A DNA stretch of 54,539 nt from Clostridia bacterium (lineage in GTDB: Bacteria; Bacillota; DUOV01; Zhaonellaceae). The position numbers and the translations under genes are program-made. Shown in pieces: positions 8,943 to 18,129 of the stretch (positions are counted from its first letter, which is position 1; the number at the start of each line of letters is the position of its first letter). The notes beneath the pieces are model-generated. The model was not told the origin of the DNA and ran no database searches. It worked only from the letters and a program-made list of their open reading frames with translations. The DNA is taken from contig DUOV01000005.1 of the NCBI GenBank assembly GCA_012838615.1, forward strand, positions 1 to 54,539. Reading direction: 5' to 3'.

Positions 8943-10088
8943 TTAGGCAAGGCGGGATTGTTGGGTAAACTGAGATAAATCATATTTTAGTCTTTCGCCT
9001 CTAACAATATCCGTTACGATTTCTCCAACAATAGGAGTTAAAACAACTGCACTTTTAAAACCGGCTGCTAAAATAAGGTTCTGGACTTCTACTTCTCCAA
9101 AAACCGGGATATGTGAAACTGTGTAAGGTGAATATGTAGTCCAACTTCTCAGTATATTAAGATTCAGCAGGCTAGGGAAAAACTTCCTAACTTCTTGGTA
9201 AATACCCAGGCAATGTTCCCGAGAATTCCTGGTTCCACTTTCCTCCGTAGATACTAAGCCAGGTTTACTCGTTTCTCCTAGCAAAAGGTTACCGGACTTA
9301 GTTTGTACACAGCAGAAGGAAGTTGTGGTTTCGTCTTGCCCGTGGGCTTCAGTAAAAAATGATGCCAAGGAAAAATAATTAATAAGAAAGGGTTGAATCT
9401 GTTCGGTTACAAAAGCCTCTGCTTTAACATATTCAATAGGTACATTTAAACCAAGTGACTTGCAAAGTTCTTTTGTCCAAGCTCCGGTTGCAAGAATAAC
9501 ATAATCCCCATAAAGCTTTTCCCCGCTAGCCAACTCCACACCCTTACATGTATTTCCCGCGGCAATTACTTTTTTAACCTTGGTTCTTTCCCAAACCTCC
9601 AAACCGTACCGTTTCCCCTGACCAATAAAAGCATTCATCAGCTTAAAACCGTTTAAATGGCCTTGTTTGCAGTAGCTTGCTCCACGGATACTGTCTGTTG
9701 ACAGATTAGGCTCTACTCTTTTTAACTCATTCCGGTCAAGCAAATCAATTTTTAATCCCCAGCTCTGTTTGATTTTTGCTTGTTCGATTAAAAAAGACAT
9801 ATCTTTTTCATTTTCCGCTATAAGTAAGGAACCCATTTCCCGATATTCCAAATCAAGATTAAATTCTTTTTCTAGCTGCTGTACCCTTTGGTAACCTTCT
9901 AGAGTTAGTTCTAAGCTCAAACCTGGTTCAGAATCTTGTACCTGGACACAACCGAAATTCCCGCCTGAAGAGCCTGAGCCGACTTCATTTTGTTCCACAA
10001 GGATAGTTTTAATTTTATTCTTGGCTAAATAATAAGCAATACTACAGCCAAAATAACCGCCCCCAACCACAATAGCTTTCTTAGACAT
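8943..10088 (-). CDS. FAD-dependent oxidoreductase, DAO family (beta subunit of a proline/sarcosine/opine-dehydrogenase-like complex), copy 1
   Basis: N-terminal dinucleotide fold AIVVGGGYFGCSIAYYLAK...LVEQ. ~380 aa, like SoxB/OoxB/LhpB/HcnC-type proteins. I prefer the ATG at 10088 (overlapping the upstream TAA) over the track GTG at 10100. Confidence 0.8.
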   Translation of the reverse strand: MSKKAIVVGGGYFGCSIAYYLAKNKIKTILVEQNEVGSGSSGGNFGCVQVQDSEPGLSLELTLEGYQRVQQLEKEFNLDLEYREMGSLLIAENEKDMSFLIEQAKIKQSWGLKIDLLDRNELKRVEPNLSTDSIRGASYCKQGHLNGFKLMNAFIGQGKRYGLEVWERTKVKKVIAAGNTCKGVELASGEKLYGDYVILATGAWTKELCKSLGLNVPIEYVKAEAFVTEQIQPFLINYFSLASFFTEAHGQDETTTSFCCVQTKSGNLLLGETSKPGLVSTEESGTRNSREHCLGIYQEVRKFFPSLLNLNILRSWTTYSPYTVSHIPVFGEVEVQNLILAAGFKSAVVLTPIVGEIVTDIVRGERLKYDLSQFTQQSRLA

Positions 10089-10368
10089 CCCCTTCACCAC
10101 CTATCTCCAAAGAAGATACTGGGATAGGAACAAGAGGAAATCTGGCTTTATCAAGTTCTAAGGCTTCTTCTTCAGGAACTCCTTCCCTTAAAAGCAGAGT
10201 AGTAATCAGTTTACTGCAAGTCCGTCCTTGGCAAGCACCCATTCCGGCTCTGGTAGCTCGTTTTATACTTTTCAAAGTCTGCTTGCCTTCCCTGATTGCT
10301 TGTAATACCTCTTCTTTTGTCACTTCCTCACAACGACAAATATACTCTTTACTATTCATTACTAACAC
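10081..10368 (-). CDS. Small BFD-like [2Fe-2S]-binding protein (delta-like subunit), copy 1
   Basis: Has the CRCEEVTKEEV...RATRAGMGACQGRTC motif of BFD-like 2Fe-2S domains. Overlaps both neighbours. Confidence 0.8.
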   Translation of the reverse strand: MLVMNSKEYICRCEEVTKEEVLQAIREGKQTLKSIKRATRAGMGACQGRTCSKLITTLLLREGVPEEEALELDKARFPLVPIPVSSLEIGGEGDV

Positions 10369-10876
10369 CGTCTCTCCGATATTTAATAAAACGCACTATT
10401 TCCAGATATTCTTTAGGAACTGCAATAGTTACCAAAGCTGTTTTATTAAGGTTTGGCCTTTGCTCAACTTTAACAACTGTAACAGGACAAACTTCTTTTC
10501 CCTCTCTGCTAACCCCCGGAAGTTCCGCACCTTCTTGGGGTAGGGGCAAATATTCATAAGGAAAAGTTAAAGTCCCAAGTTCTTCACTAAATGAGTAATC
10601 GACAACAAAAATAGCCTGACCAGGACAAGAGGAGATACACTTTTTACAGCCAAGGCAAGCTTCTTGGTCCAGTAAAGGGATGCCTGTTATATCTTGTTGG
10701 GAAAACTTTATAGCACCTACCGGACAAGCATCTTGACAAGGATTGCAGGGAATATCCTGCAGACATTCAATTATAGCTATCGGCCCTTTTTCCAGTCTTT
10801 CAACAGTAGGGTAGTCTTCTTTAGCTTTTAATTCTTCCAAACTTATATAGCCTTTGGATCCTACATCATGAAACAT
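10352..10876 (-). CDS. 4Fe-4S dicluster ferredoxin-domain protein (gamma-like subunit), copy 1
   Basis: Cys motifs CNPCQDACPVGAI and CLGCKKCISSCPGQAI, with a C-terminal beta-rich extension. Confidence 0.8.
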   Translation of the reverse strand: MFHDVGSKGYISLEELKAKEDYPTVERLEKGPIAIIECLQDIPCNPCQDACPVGAIKFSQQDITGIPLLDQEACLGCKKCISSCPGQAIFVVDYSFSEELGTLTFPYEYLPLPQEGAELPGVSREGKEVCPVTVVKVEQRPNLNKTALVTIAVPKEYLEIVRFIKYRRDGVSNE

Positions 10877-10878
10877 AT

Positions 10879-12000
10879 TTACACCACCCTCCCACTTCCA
10901 ACTTCCTTTAACATTGTCAGCAAATGCTCTTTAGCATCCCTTCTTGCTTCACCGAAAGTTCCTTTGCGCAGCTCATTTAAATTCTTCCAAATATCCTTTT
11001 TTAATCTTAAAGCTTGGGAGGGTTCTAAATAGCCCAAGCTTTCGGCAGCAGCAACACCGGCCAGCCTACCTTCTTCCAAGGCTGTACTGGCTTCTTCCAC
11101 CCCTGCTAAATCCCCACAGACATAAACTCCCTTAACAGAAGTTTCCATGTTCTTATCGTGTAAGATAGTGTGTCCTCCTAGCCTAGGCTCATAATGGAAG
11201 TCACAACCTAGCATGGTAGCAAGTTCAACTTTGGGAGATAAGCCCACAGCCAATAGTACTGTATCAACCTTAAACTGTTTTTCTGTACCGGGAATTGGGT
11301 CAAAAGACTTATCAATTTGAACTATTTCAGCTGATTGGACCCTGTCTTCTCCTGATGCCCGAGAAATAGTATGTTTAAGATAAAACGGAATGCCTAGTCT
11401 ACTTACTTTGCTAGCATGAACACCATAGCCGCTTATCCCGGGTAAAGCATCTACGATTGCCACAATATCGGCACCTGCTTGAGTTAACTGGTAAGAAACA
11501 ATTAATCCTACATTACCGCTACCGATCACTAAAATCTTTTTCCCAGGTAATACACCATGAACATTAGCAAAAGTTTGAGCAGCCCCTGCTGTCATGACTC
11601 CGGGAAGTGTCCAACCTGGAAAACTGACCGCATTTTCTTTGGCTCCAACTGCCAAGATTACTTTTTTACTTTTATAGCCAATCAACTTTCCAGTTTGCTC
11701 TTCGTAAACACTAATAAGGCCATCTTCCAAGCAACCTACAACCCTGGAGTTTAATTTAATCTTAACTCCCGCTTCAGCTGCTTCTCGCAGGAGCTTTTGA
11801 CCAATATCAATTCCTCGCCAACCGGCATAATGATCCTGGGACCCAAAAAATTTATGAATTTGTTTAAACAGCTGACCACCTAAAAGATGATTTTCATCTA
11901 AAAGGAGGACAGAGGCACCCGCCTTAGCTGCATTTATGGCTGCACCCAAGCCTGCCGGTCCCCCTCCTACAATTAATACATCATAGAGCATTATGGTCAC
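10879..12000 (-). CDS. FAD/NAD(P)-binding pyridine-nucleotide-disulfide-type oxidoreductase (alpha-like subunit, OoxA/HcnB/LhpF-like), copy 1
   Basis: Two Rossmann motifs, DVLIVGGGPAGLGAA and ILVIGSGNVGLIVSYQL, and a CGDLAGVEEA tail. The start could be the GTG at 12000 or the ATG at 11991. Confidence 0.8.
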   Translation of the reverse strand: MTIMLYDVLIVGGGPAGLGAAINAAKAGASVLLLDENHLLGGQLFKQIHKFFGSQDHYAGWRGIDIGQKLLREAAEAGVKIKLNSRVVGCLEDGLISVYEEQTGKLIGYKSKKVILAVGAKENAVSFPGWTLPGVMTAGAAQTFANVHGVLPGKKILVIGSGNVGLIVSYQLTQAGADIVAIVDALPGISGYGVHASKVSRLGIPFYLKHTISRASGEDRVQSAEIVQIDKSFDPIPGTEKQFKVDTVLLAVGLSPKVELATMLGCDFHYEPRLGGHTILHDKNMETSVKGVYVCGDLAGVEEASTALEEGRLAGVAAAESLGYLEPSQALRLKKDIWKNLNELRKGTFGEARRDAKEHLLTMLKEVGSGRVV

Positions 12001-12304
12001 CTATCTTTCCTAAACCTTTTTGGGTCGTAATTACCATACCATCCCTAACCGGCGTTACACATGTTCGCGTATTGGGAACCCCGTCAACTATCATTACACA
12101 GTCGTTACATTGACCTATGCCACAAAAAATACCTCTAGGCTCACGCTGCTTTTTAGTGTATCTAAAAGTATGAATATTGTTGGCTAAAAGGGCTGCCGCG
12201 ATCATTTCCCCTTCCTTGGCTTCCAATTTTTTACCGTCAACATAAATGGTAACATTCTTTCTTTCTTCCCGCTCTACTATGGGATGATTGATAATCCGAC
12301 ACAT
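11981..12304 (-). CDS. Small [2Fe-2S]-binding protein (HcnA / sarcosine-oxidase-alpha N-terminal-like), copy 1
   Basis: GIFCGIGQCNDCVMIVDGVPNTRTCVTPV is the Fer2_4-type motif. It is the first gene of the operon. Confidence 0.8.
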   Translation of the reverse strand: MCRIINHPIVEREERKNVTIYVDGKKLEAKEGEMIAAALLANNIHTFRYTKKQREPRGIFCGIGQCNDCVMIVDGVPNTRTCVTPVRDGMVITTQKGLGKIGDHNAL

Positions 12305-12421
12305 AAAGTCACCTTCTTTTTGGATCGATAATTTATTATTCTCTAACTTGTGATAAATACCTTTTTCACTAAAACTACTTTCTTCTGGTAAAAGGTTTGA
12401 GCTTCTGCTAAAATTAAATTA

Positions 12422-12441
12422 AGATATTTAGAAGTTTATCT
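12422..12441. promoter_or_regulatory. Inverted repeat AGATA-N10-TATCT, candidate ArsR/SdpR operator
   Basis: AGATATTTAGAAGTTTATCT lies about 20 nt upstream of the sdpR-like start, in the divergent intergenic region. Confidence 0.35.
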
Positions 12442-12462
12442 AATTATCTAAGGAGGGATGAC

Positions 12463-12744
12463 ATGTCTTTGCAAGATACTTTTAAAGCTTTATCTGATAG
12501 TACCCGCAGAGAAATACTCAACTTATTAAAAAGACAAGATTTAAGTGCAGGGGAAATTGCTGAACAGTTCAATATTTCCAAGCCTAGTATTTCTCACCAC
12601 CTAAATATTTTAAAACAAGCAGGTCTAGTTATTGATGAAAGAAAAGGGCAAAATATTTATTACTCTCTTAATACAAGTGTCTTAGAAGATGTTTTAAGTT
12701 GGTTTTTACAACTAAGGAGGAGGGAAGAGTATGAAAAAAATTGA
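12463..12744 (+). CDS. ArsR/SmtB-family transcriptional repressor, SdpR-like
   Basis: wHTH pattern FKALSDSTRREILNLL...LSAGEIAEQFNISKPSISHHLNILKQAGLV. Overlaps the downstream SdpI-like gene by 14 nt. Confidence 0.85.
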   Translation: MSLQDTFKALSDSTRREILNLLKRQDLSAGEIAEQFNISKPSISHHLNILKQAGLVIDERKGQNIYYSLNTSVLEDVLSWFLQLRRREEYEKN

Positions 12745-13369
12745 TTGGTTTCTGTTGGGCATAATTGGTGCTATGCTTATTTGCGGAGCAATAATCTACC
12801 CCAAGTTACCGGATCAGGTACCTATGCATTGGAATGCAGCAGGCGAAATAGATGGCTACGGCTCTCCTTTAGCAGGTGCCTTTGGTATACCCTTATTAAC
12901 CTTAGGAATTCTGCTTTTACTTTTAGTCACCCCTAAAATTGATCCCCGTAAGGAAAATTATGCTAAATTTAGCGGAGTTTATAACATTCTTAAAACCTTT
13001 TTAGTTCTTTTTATGGTTTTTATGTATATTGTTACTCTTATGGCAGCCTTTGAACATCAAATTAAAGTTGGACTTTTTGTTAAATTTGCTCTTGGTCTGC
13101 TGTTTGTTGTTATAGGTAACTACTTCGGTAAAATAAGACATAATTACTTTGTTGGCATTAAAACACCTTGGACCTTAGCAGACGAAACTGTATGGAATAA
13201 AACCCACCGTTTAGCCGGTCCCTTATGGATAGTTGCAGGAATAGTTGCCCTAGTAGTTGCCTTTTTCGACCATCCTGCTAGCTTTTGGATTTTTATGGCC
13301 TGTCTAATGATTGCAGCCATAATACCAACTATTTATTCTTATGTAATCTACAAGAATACAAGCAAATAG
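12731..13369 (+). CDS. SdpI/YhfL-family membrane protein (DUF1648 + SdpI immunity/signal-transduction domain)
   Basis: LPDQVPMHWNAAGEIDGYGS (DUF1648) and GNYFGKIRHNYFVGIKTPWTLADETVWNKTHRLAG (SdpI signature), with multiple TM helices. Confidence 0.8.
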   Translation: MKKIDWFLLGIIGAMLICGAIIYPKLPDQVPMHWNAAGEIDGYGSPLAGAFGIPLLTLGILLLLLVTPKIDPRKENYAKFSGVYNILKTFLVLFMVFMYIVTLMAAFEHQIKVGLFVKFALGLLFVVIGNYFGKIRHNYFVGIKTPWTLADETVWNKTHRLAGPLWIVAGIVALVVAFFDHPASFWIFMACLMIAAIIPTIYSYVIYKNTSK

Positions 13370-13395
13370 GTAGCTCTTTACTCTCAACAGATAAT

Positions 13396-13435
13396 AAAAA
13401 CACCGCTTTTATTAATAATAAAAACGGTGTTTTTT
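13396..13435. terminator. Bidirectional terminator
   Basis: Stem aaaaacaccg / cggtgttttt around an AT-rich loop, with T and A runs on both sides. Confidence 0.6.
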
Positions 13436-13503
13436 AAATCATGAATTATATAAGACCTTTTTTAGCTTTAACGGCTAAAGCGCATTCATTTTTAAATTTT
13501 GTT

Positions 13504-13857
13504 TTAAAGAGCCTGGCTTGCGGCTACAATGTCCACACCTGTATCTAGCACATTTTTAATGACAAGATCCTGCACTTCGACAGGCGCATTGAGAGTAATC
13601 TTAGATAACATTTCTTCTACCACAGGAATTAAGTCACGGGGAATCGGTTTTGTTGTGATAACTTTTACACTTTTAGATGTGCTATTCTCTACTTTTACAT
13701 AGCCAAACATATTTCTGTTTGGCAGGTCTAGTAAATCAATAGCAAAACGATATCCTCGCTCGCAGTTATTCCTTTCAATAGAATAAATTGCACTTTCATC
13801 ATATTCAACGTCTATAGAGCATCGTAAAGGACAGTTTAAACAAGTAATTTGCTGCAT
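13504..13857 (-). CDS. DUF1667-domain protein
   Basis: 117 aa with the N-terminal CLNCPLRC...C motif. Size and pattern match the DUF1667 proteins usually found with FAD-dependent oxidoreductases. Here it has no obvious partner. Confidence 0.6.
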   Translation of the reverse strand: MQQITCLNCPLRCSIDVEYDESAIYSIERNNCERGYRFAIDLLDLPNRNMFGYVKVENSTSKSVKVITTKPIPRDLIPVVEEMLSKITLNAPVEVQDLVIKNVLDTGVDIVAASQAL

Positions 13858-13934
13858 TTTATATCTCCTATCTTTGCTATATTAACTTACTTCTATTTTA
13901 ATAAACGGAAAAGCATTTGCAATGAGAAAAAGTA

Positions 13935-13952
13935 CCAACCCTAAATGGTTGG
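13935..13952 (-). terminator. Weak terminator after hcp
   Basis: 6-bp stem ccaacc/ggttgg. The minus strand follows with ACTTTTTCTC. Confidence 0.35.
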
Positions 13953-13976
13953 CACCTTTAATATGTTGAAAAACTT

Positions 13977-15287
13977 TTAAGCTAATGCTTCCTTTTCAGC
14001 TACTCCAAGCATGTCTTTTAAATCTTGCTCTGGATCGGATATTAGTTTAAGTCCAAAGTTTTCAACTAAGACATTTAAAACTCCGGGGGTTATAAATTCT
14101 GGGGCTCTCGCGCCAATTCGGATATCTTTAACACCCAGGCTTAATAGACCTAGTAAAATTGCTACAGCCTTTTGTTCAAACCAAGAAAGCACAATGCTTA
14201 AAGGCAGCTCATTTACACTACATTCAAAAGCCTCTGCCAAGGCAACAGCTATTTTCACCGCAGAAATTGAATTGTTGCATTGTCCCAAATCGATATAGCG
14301 TGGAATATTGGTTCCTGGAACAGCCCCGTAGTCAATATCATTAAAACGGAACTTACCACAGGAAGTAGTTAAAATGACACAGTTTTCCGGTACTGAAGTT
14401 GCAAGAGTACGGTAATACTCATGTCCTTTCATAGGAGCGTCACAGCCGGCAATAACAAAAAATCTTTTGATTTTACCTTCTTTAACAGCTTCTATTATCT
14501 CTGGAGCTAAACCTAAGACAGTCTTATGATGAAAACCGGTTAAAATCGTTTTGTCAGATTCCACGTTAGCTTCCGGCAATTCTAGAGCCTTTTCAATAAG
14601 TGGAGTAAAATCATTGTTTTCTATTTTACGAACTCCCTCCAGGCCAGTTACGTCATAAGAGAACATCCGATCTGCATAGCTACCTCTAATGGGCATTACA
14701 CAGTTGGTAGTAGCTAAAATAGCCCCTGGGAATTCTTCAAACACCTTTCGCTGATCAAGCCAAGATTTGCCAATATTTCCTTTCAGGTGCTTATATTTTT
14801 TAAGTTCAGGATAACCATGAGCAGGTAACATCTCAGAGTGAGTATAGATATTAATCCCTTTACCTTCAGACTGCTTAAGTAGTTCTTCTAAAGCAAACAG
14901 ATTGTGACCTGTTACAATAATACATTTTCCTTCAATTTTATCACTAGAAACTTTAATGGGCTGAGGTATTCCTAACCTGTCTGTATGGGCCTTATCCAGC
15001 AGTTCCATAGCTTTGATAGTAGCAGTTCCCACTTTTAAAGCCATGTTAATATGTTCTTGTAAATTAAAATTAACGTTAGTTAAAGTAAAATACAAAGCTT
15101 CATGGGTAATTTTATCAATTTCAGAGTCTGTATAACCCATTTCACGAGCATGAGTGGCATAGGCCGCAACACCTTTCAGACCTAAAACAATTGTATCCTG
15201 AAGACTTGCCAAATCTTCATTCTTACCACATACACCAATTTTTGTACATCCCCCTACCGGAGTTTGAGAACATTGATTACAAAACAT
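13977..15287 (-). CDS. hcp: Hybrid-cluster protein / hydroxylamine reductase, short (class III-like) form
   Basis: N-terminal MFCNQCSQT...GGCTKIGVCGK cubane motif. Prismane family hallmarks run throughout. At 436 aa it is about 100 aa shorter than class I/II Hcp. Confidence 0.85.
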   Translation of the reverse strand: MFCNQCSQTPVGGCTKIGVCGKNEDLASLQDTIVLGLKGVAAYATHAREMGYTDSEIDKITHEALYFTLTNVNFNLQEHINMALKVGTATIKAMELLDKAHTDRLGIPQPIKVSSDKIEGKCIIVTGHNLFALEELLKQSEGKGINIYTHSEMLPAHGYPELKKYKHLKGNIGKSWLDQRKVFEEFPGAILATTNCVMPIRGSYADRMFSYDVTGLEGVRKIENNDFTPLIEKALELPEANVESDKTILTGFHHKTVLGLAPEIIEAVKEGKIKRFFVIAGCDAPMKGHEYYRTLATSVPENCVILTTSCGKFRFNDIDYGAVPGTNIPRYIDLGQCNNSISAVKIAVALAEAFECSVNELPLSIVLSWFEQKAVAILLGLLSLGVKDIRIGARAPEFITPGVLNVLVENFGLKLISDPEQDLKDMLGVAEKEALA

Positions 15288-15321
15288 ATACGCATTCTCC
15301 CTTCTAAACTAGCTAATTTTT

Positions 15322-15364
15322 ATTATAGGATTTAACCTTAGGACAAGCTGTGATATTAATCACA
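15322..15364 (-). promoter_or_regulatory. hcp promoter with a CRP/FNR-family (HcpR-type) box
   Basis: Perfect palindrome TGTGA-TATTAA-TCACA at 15349..15364. A perfect minus-strand TATAAT sits at 15327..15322. The box centre falls about 41 nt upstream of the predicted TSS (class II geometry). Confidence 0.6.
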
Positions 15365-15569
15365 TTCTAGTAATTTTTATCATTTTTTTATGTATTTACC
15401 ATACTATCCATTTTAAAACCGAAACTGTTTTCCCCAAAAAATAAATCCTCCGCAGCTTGCTTATGGAACTTATATTCGGGACATAAAAGTAATTACAGGC
15501 TCCTTGCTTGTTTAAATAATCTTAATATGATAAAAAAATAGTAATGAGAATAGAAAGGGGAGAAAAAAA

Positions 15570-17417
15570 TTGGCAAATCACATTGAAACTAAAGAATTCC
15601 AAACTGAGGTAAAACAGATGTTGGATATTGTGATTAACTCCCTTTATACTAATAAAGAAATTTTTTTAAGGGAGTTAATATCTAATGCTTCAGACGCCTT
15701 AGAAAAAGTTCGTTATGCCAAATTAACAAATCAAGATATTTTAGATCCTTCAATACCACTCGAAATAACCATTCAAGCCAATGAAAAAGAAAATACACTT
15801 ACCATTACAGATACCGGAGTAGGAATGACAAAAGAAGAATTGGTGGAAAATCTAGGCACAATTGCTCACTCAGGTTCCAAAAGTTTTCTGAAACACCTGG
15901 ATGAAACTGAACAAAAAAACCTGGATATTATAGGCCAATTTGGTGTGGGCTTTTATTCAGCCTTTATGGTGGCAGAAAAAGTTACCCTTTACACCCGTTC
16001 CTATAAACCTAACTCCGCAAGCTTAATCTGGAAATCTGGCGGTACAGGTACTTACACTATTGAGGAAACTCAAGATCTAAAAAGAGGCACAAAAATCGTC
16101 CTCCACCTTAAAAAAGATGCGTCAGAATATACTAAAGAATATACAATCAAGAGTATTATAAAAAGATACTCTAGCTTTATTCAGTTTCCTATCCTGGTCA
16201 ATGGTGAAAAAGTTAATACTATAGAAGCTATTTGGACAAAAAACAAAAATGAAATTTCTGACGAAGAATATAATGAGTTTTATAAATACCAAGCAAATGC
16301 TTTTGACGAACCACTACTAAAACTTCACTTTAGTGCAGATGCCCCACTTGCTATCAATGCCTTACTCTTTATTCCTAAAGAAAATCTAGAACGTTGGGGG
16401 TTTGGTAAACTCGATCCGGGAGTAAATCTTTACTGCCGTAAGATTCTTATTCAGCAGGAAGCCGAAAGCATCCTACCTAAATGGCTGCGTTTTGTAAAAG
16501 GAGTGGTGGATAGTGAAGAACTTCCACTAAACATTTCCAGGGAAACTATGCAGGATAACGCCTTAGTAGCTAAAATTCGCAAAGTTATTACTAAGCGATT
16601 CTTAAAGTTCCTACATGAACAAAGTAAAAATGACCCAGAAAAATATAGTGCTTTTTGGCAACAGTTTGGCATTTTCATTAAAGAAGGCTTAGTGACCGAT
16701 TTCGAATACAAAGATGAACTTACCCAACTCTTACGCTTTGAATCGTCTAAAACTGAGCCAGGAAAACTTATCTCCTTGCAAGAATATGTCGAGAGAATGC
16801 CTTCTAAGCAAAAGCAAATTTATTATATTAACGGAATGAGGCGGGAAATTGTAGAAGCCAGCCCTTACCTGGAAGCTTTTAAAGTCAGAGAAATCGAAGT
16901 TCTCTATACTTATGATCCGGTAGATGATTATGTCTTAACTACTGTTAATGAGTTCGGCGGTAAAAAACTTGTTTCTGCTGATCAGGAAAACATAGATTTG
17001 CCAGAAACAGAGGAAGAAGCAGGCGAAGAATTACCTGCAGAAGAACTGCCTGTTTTTAAGGCTTGGTTAAAACAAACTCTGGGCGAAAAAGTTTCTGAAG
17101 TCAAAACCTCTAAACGCTTAACAACCAGCCCGGCTATGGTTTTAAATCCGGAAGGCATGACTAACAATATGCTAAAGATGATGCATATAATGAACCCTGA
17201 CCAAAAAAATAATACTCCTCGCATACTTGCTATCAATCCGAAACATGAAATTATTAAAGGTATTAATGAGCTGCGCAAACAATCAGATCCCTTTGCCGAA
17301 GTTGCAGCTTGGCAGCTTCTTGATACTGCTTTACTTTCTGCAGGGTTACTTACCGATCCAAGTGCTACTGTTCAAAGAATGAACAAAATTTTAGAAAAAG
17401 CTTTAACTAGGTATTAA
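15570..17417 (+). CDS. htpG: Molecular chaperone HtpG (Hsp90)
   Basis: TTG start after the GGGGAG RBS. FQTEVKQMLDIVINSLYTNKEIFLRELISNASDALEK, the GTIAHSGSK motif, and full-length Hsp90 architecture. Confidence 0.95.
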   Translation: MANHIETKEFQTEVKQMLDIVINSLYTNKEIFLRELISNASDALEKVRYAKLTNQDILDPSIPLEITIQANEKENTLTITDTGVGMTKEELVENLGTIAHSGSKSFLKHLDETEQKNLDIIGQFGVGFYSAFMVAEKVTLYTRSYKPNSASLIWKSGGTGTYTIEETQDLKRGTKIVLHLKKDASEYTKEYTIKSIIKRYSSFIQFPILVNGEKVNTIEAIWTKNKNEISDEEYNEFYKYQANAFDEPLLKLHFSADAPLAINALLFIPKENLERWGFGKLDPGVNLYCRKILIQQEAESILPKWLRFVKGVVDSEELPLNISRETMQDNALVAKIRKVITKRFLKFLHEQSKNDPEKYSAFWQQFGIFIKEGLVTDFEYKDELTQLLRFESSKTEPGKLISLQEYVERMPSKQKQIYYINGMRREIVEASPYLEAFKVREIEVLYTYDPVDDYVLTTVNEFGGKKLVSADQENIDLPETEEEAGEELPAEELPVFKAWLKQTLGEKVSEVKTSKRLTTSPAMVLNPEGMTNNMLKMMHIMNPDQKNNTPRILAINPKHEIIKGINELRKQSDPFAEVAAWQLLDTALLSAGLLTDPSATVQRMNKILEKALTRY

Positions 17418-17442
17418 AAAAGCCCCCTACAGGGGCTTTTTT
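17416..17442. terminator. Bidirectional terminator (htpG / end of the minus-strand cluster)
   Basis: aaaaaagcccc-ctaca-ggggctttttt. Confidence 0.75.
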
Positions 17443-18079
17443 AATAACCTAAAGATTCTCCTATAACCACTACCGTCACATCAGTTGCAAATGGTTTTTT
17501 ATACATAATTGATAACACGTTACAAATTCGGCTTTTACCTTGACAATCCATACAGTACCCTTTAACGGTACAAGGATTTTGGGTTTGCAAGCGAAGGTTG
17601 TTCTGGGGTGAAGCAACAAGCTCTATACGTTCGATAGCAGCGTTAATATCTTTACATATTTTATTTACCCCAGCTACAATTATTACCTTTTCAGGTCCAA
17701 AGGTCATAGCACCAACCCGGTTTCCTACCCCGTCCATATTGACTAAAACCCCATCTAAAGTTAAGGCGTTAGTACTAGTTAAAAATACTTGGCAAGCTAA
17801 CTGCTCATGTCTTATTCTCGATTTTTCCTCAGGTGTCAGTCCAGGTAAATTGTGATCAAGTATTTTAGCCCCCTTAGCCTTAGCCAATTCAATAATATTA
17901 AGCTCTTTTAAAGTAACAGAACCTCCACAACCAACCTTGGCACCTTGAGGTATTAAATTAAGAATATATTCTACTGCCTCTATACGCTTAGAAAAATAAA
18001 AAGCATCAAAGTTGTTTTGCTTTAAACTTTTAACAACTTCCCTGCCTATTATATCTACATGTGCAATACTACCGGACAA
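17441..18079 (-). CDS. LUD-domain (LutC/YkgG-like, DUF162) protein
   Basis: ~210 aa stand-alone LUD-type protein (GCGGSVTL...ALTLDGVLVNMDGVGNRVGAMTFGP). It has a C-terminal Cys cluster (CTVKGYCMDCQGKSRIC). TTG start. Last gene of the cluster. Confidence 0.7.
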   Translation of the reverse strand: MSGSIAHVDIIGREVVKSLKQNNFDAFYFSKRIEAVEYILNLIPQGAKVGCGGSVTLKELNIIELAKAKGAKILDHNLPGLTPEEKSRIRHEQLACQVFLTSTNALTLDGVLVNMDGVGNRVGAMTFGPEKVIIVAGVNKICKDINAAIERIELVASPQNNLRLQTQNPCTVKGYCMDCQGKSRICNVLSIMYKKPFATDVTVVVIGESLGY

Positions 18080-18129
18080 CTCTACCTCTCCTTTTTATGA
18101 ACCAACTATTTATTCTAGTACATTATACT

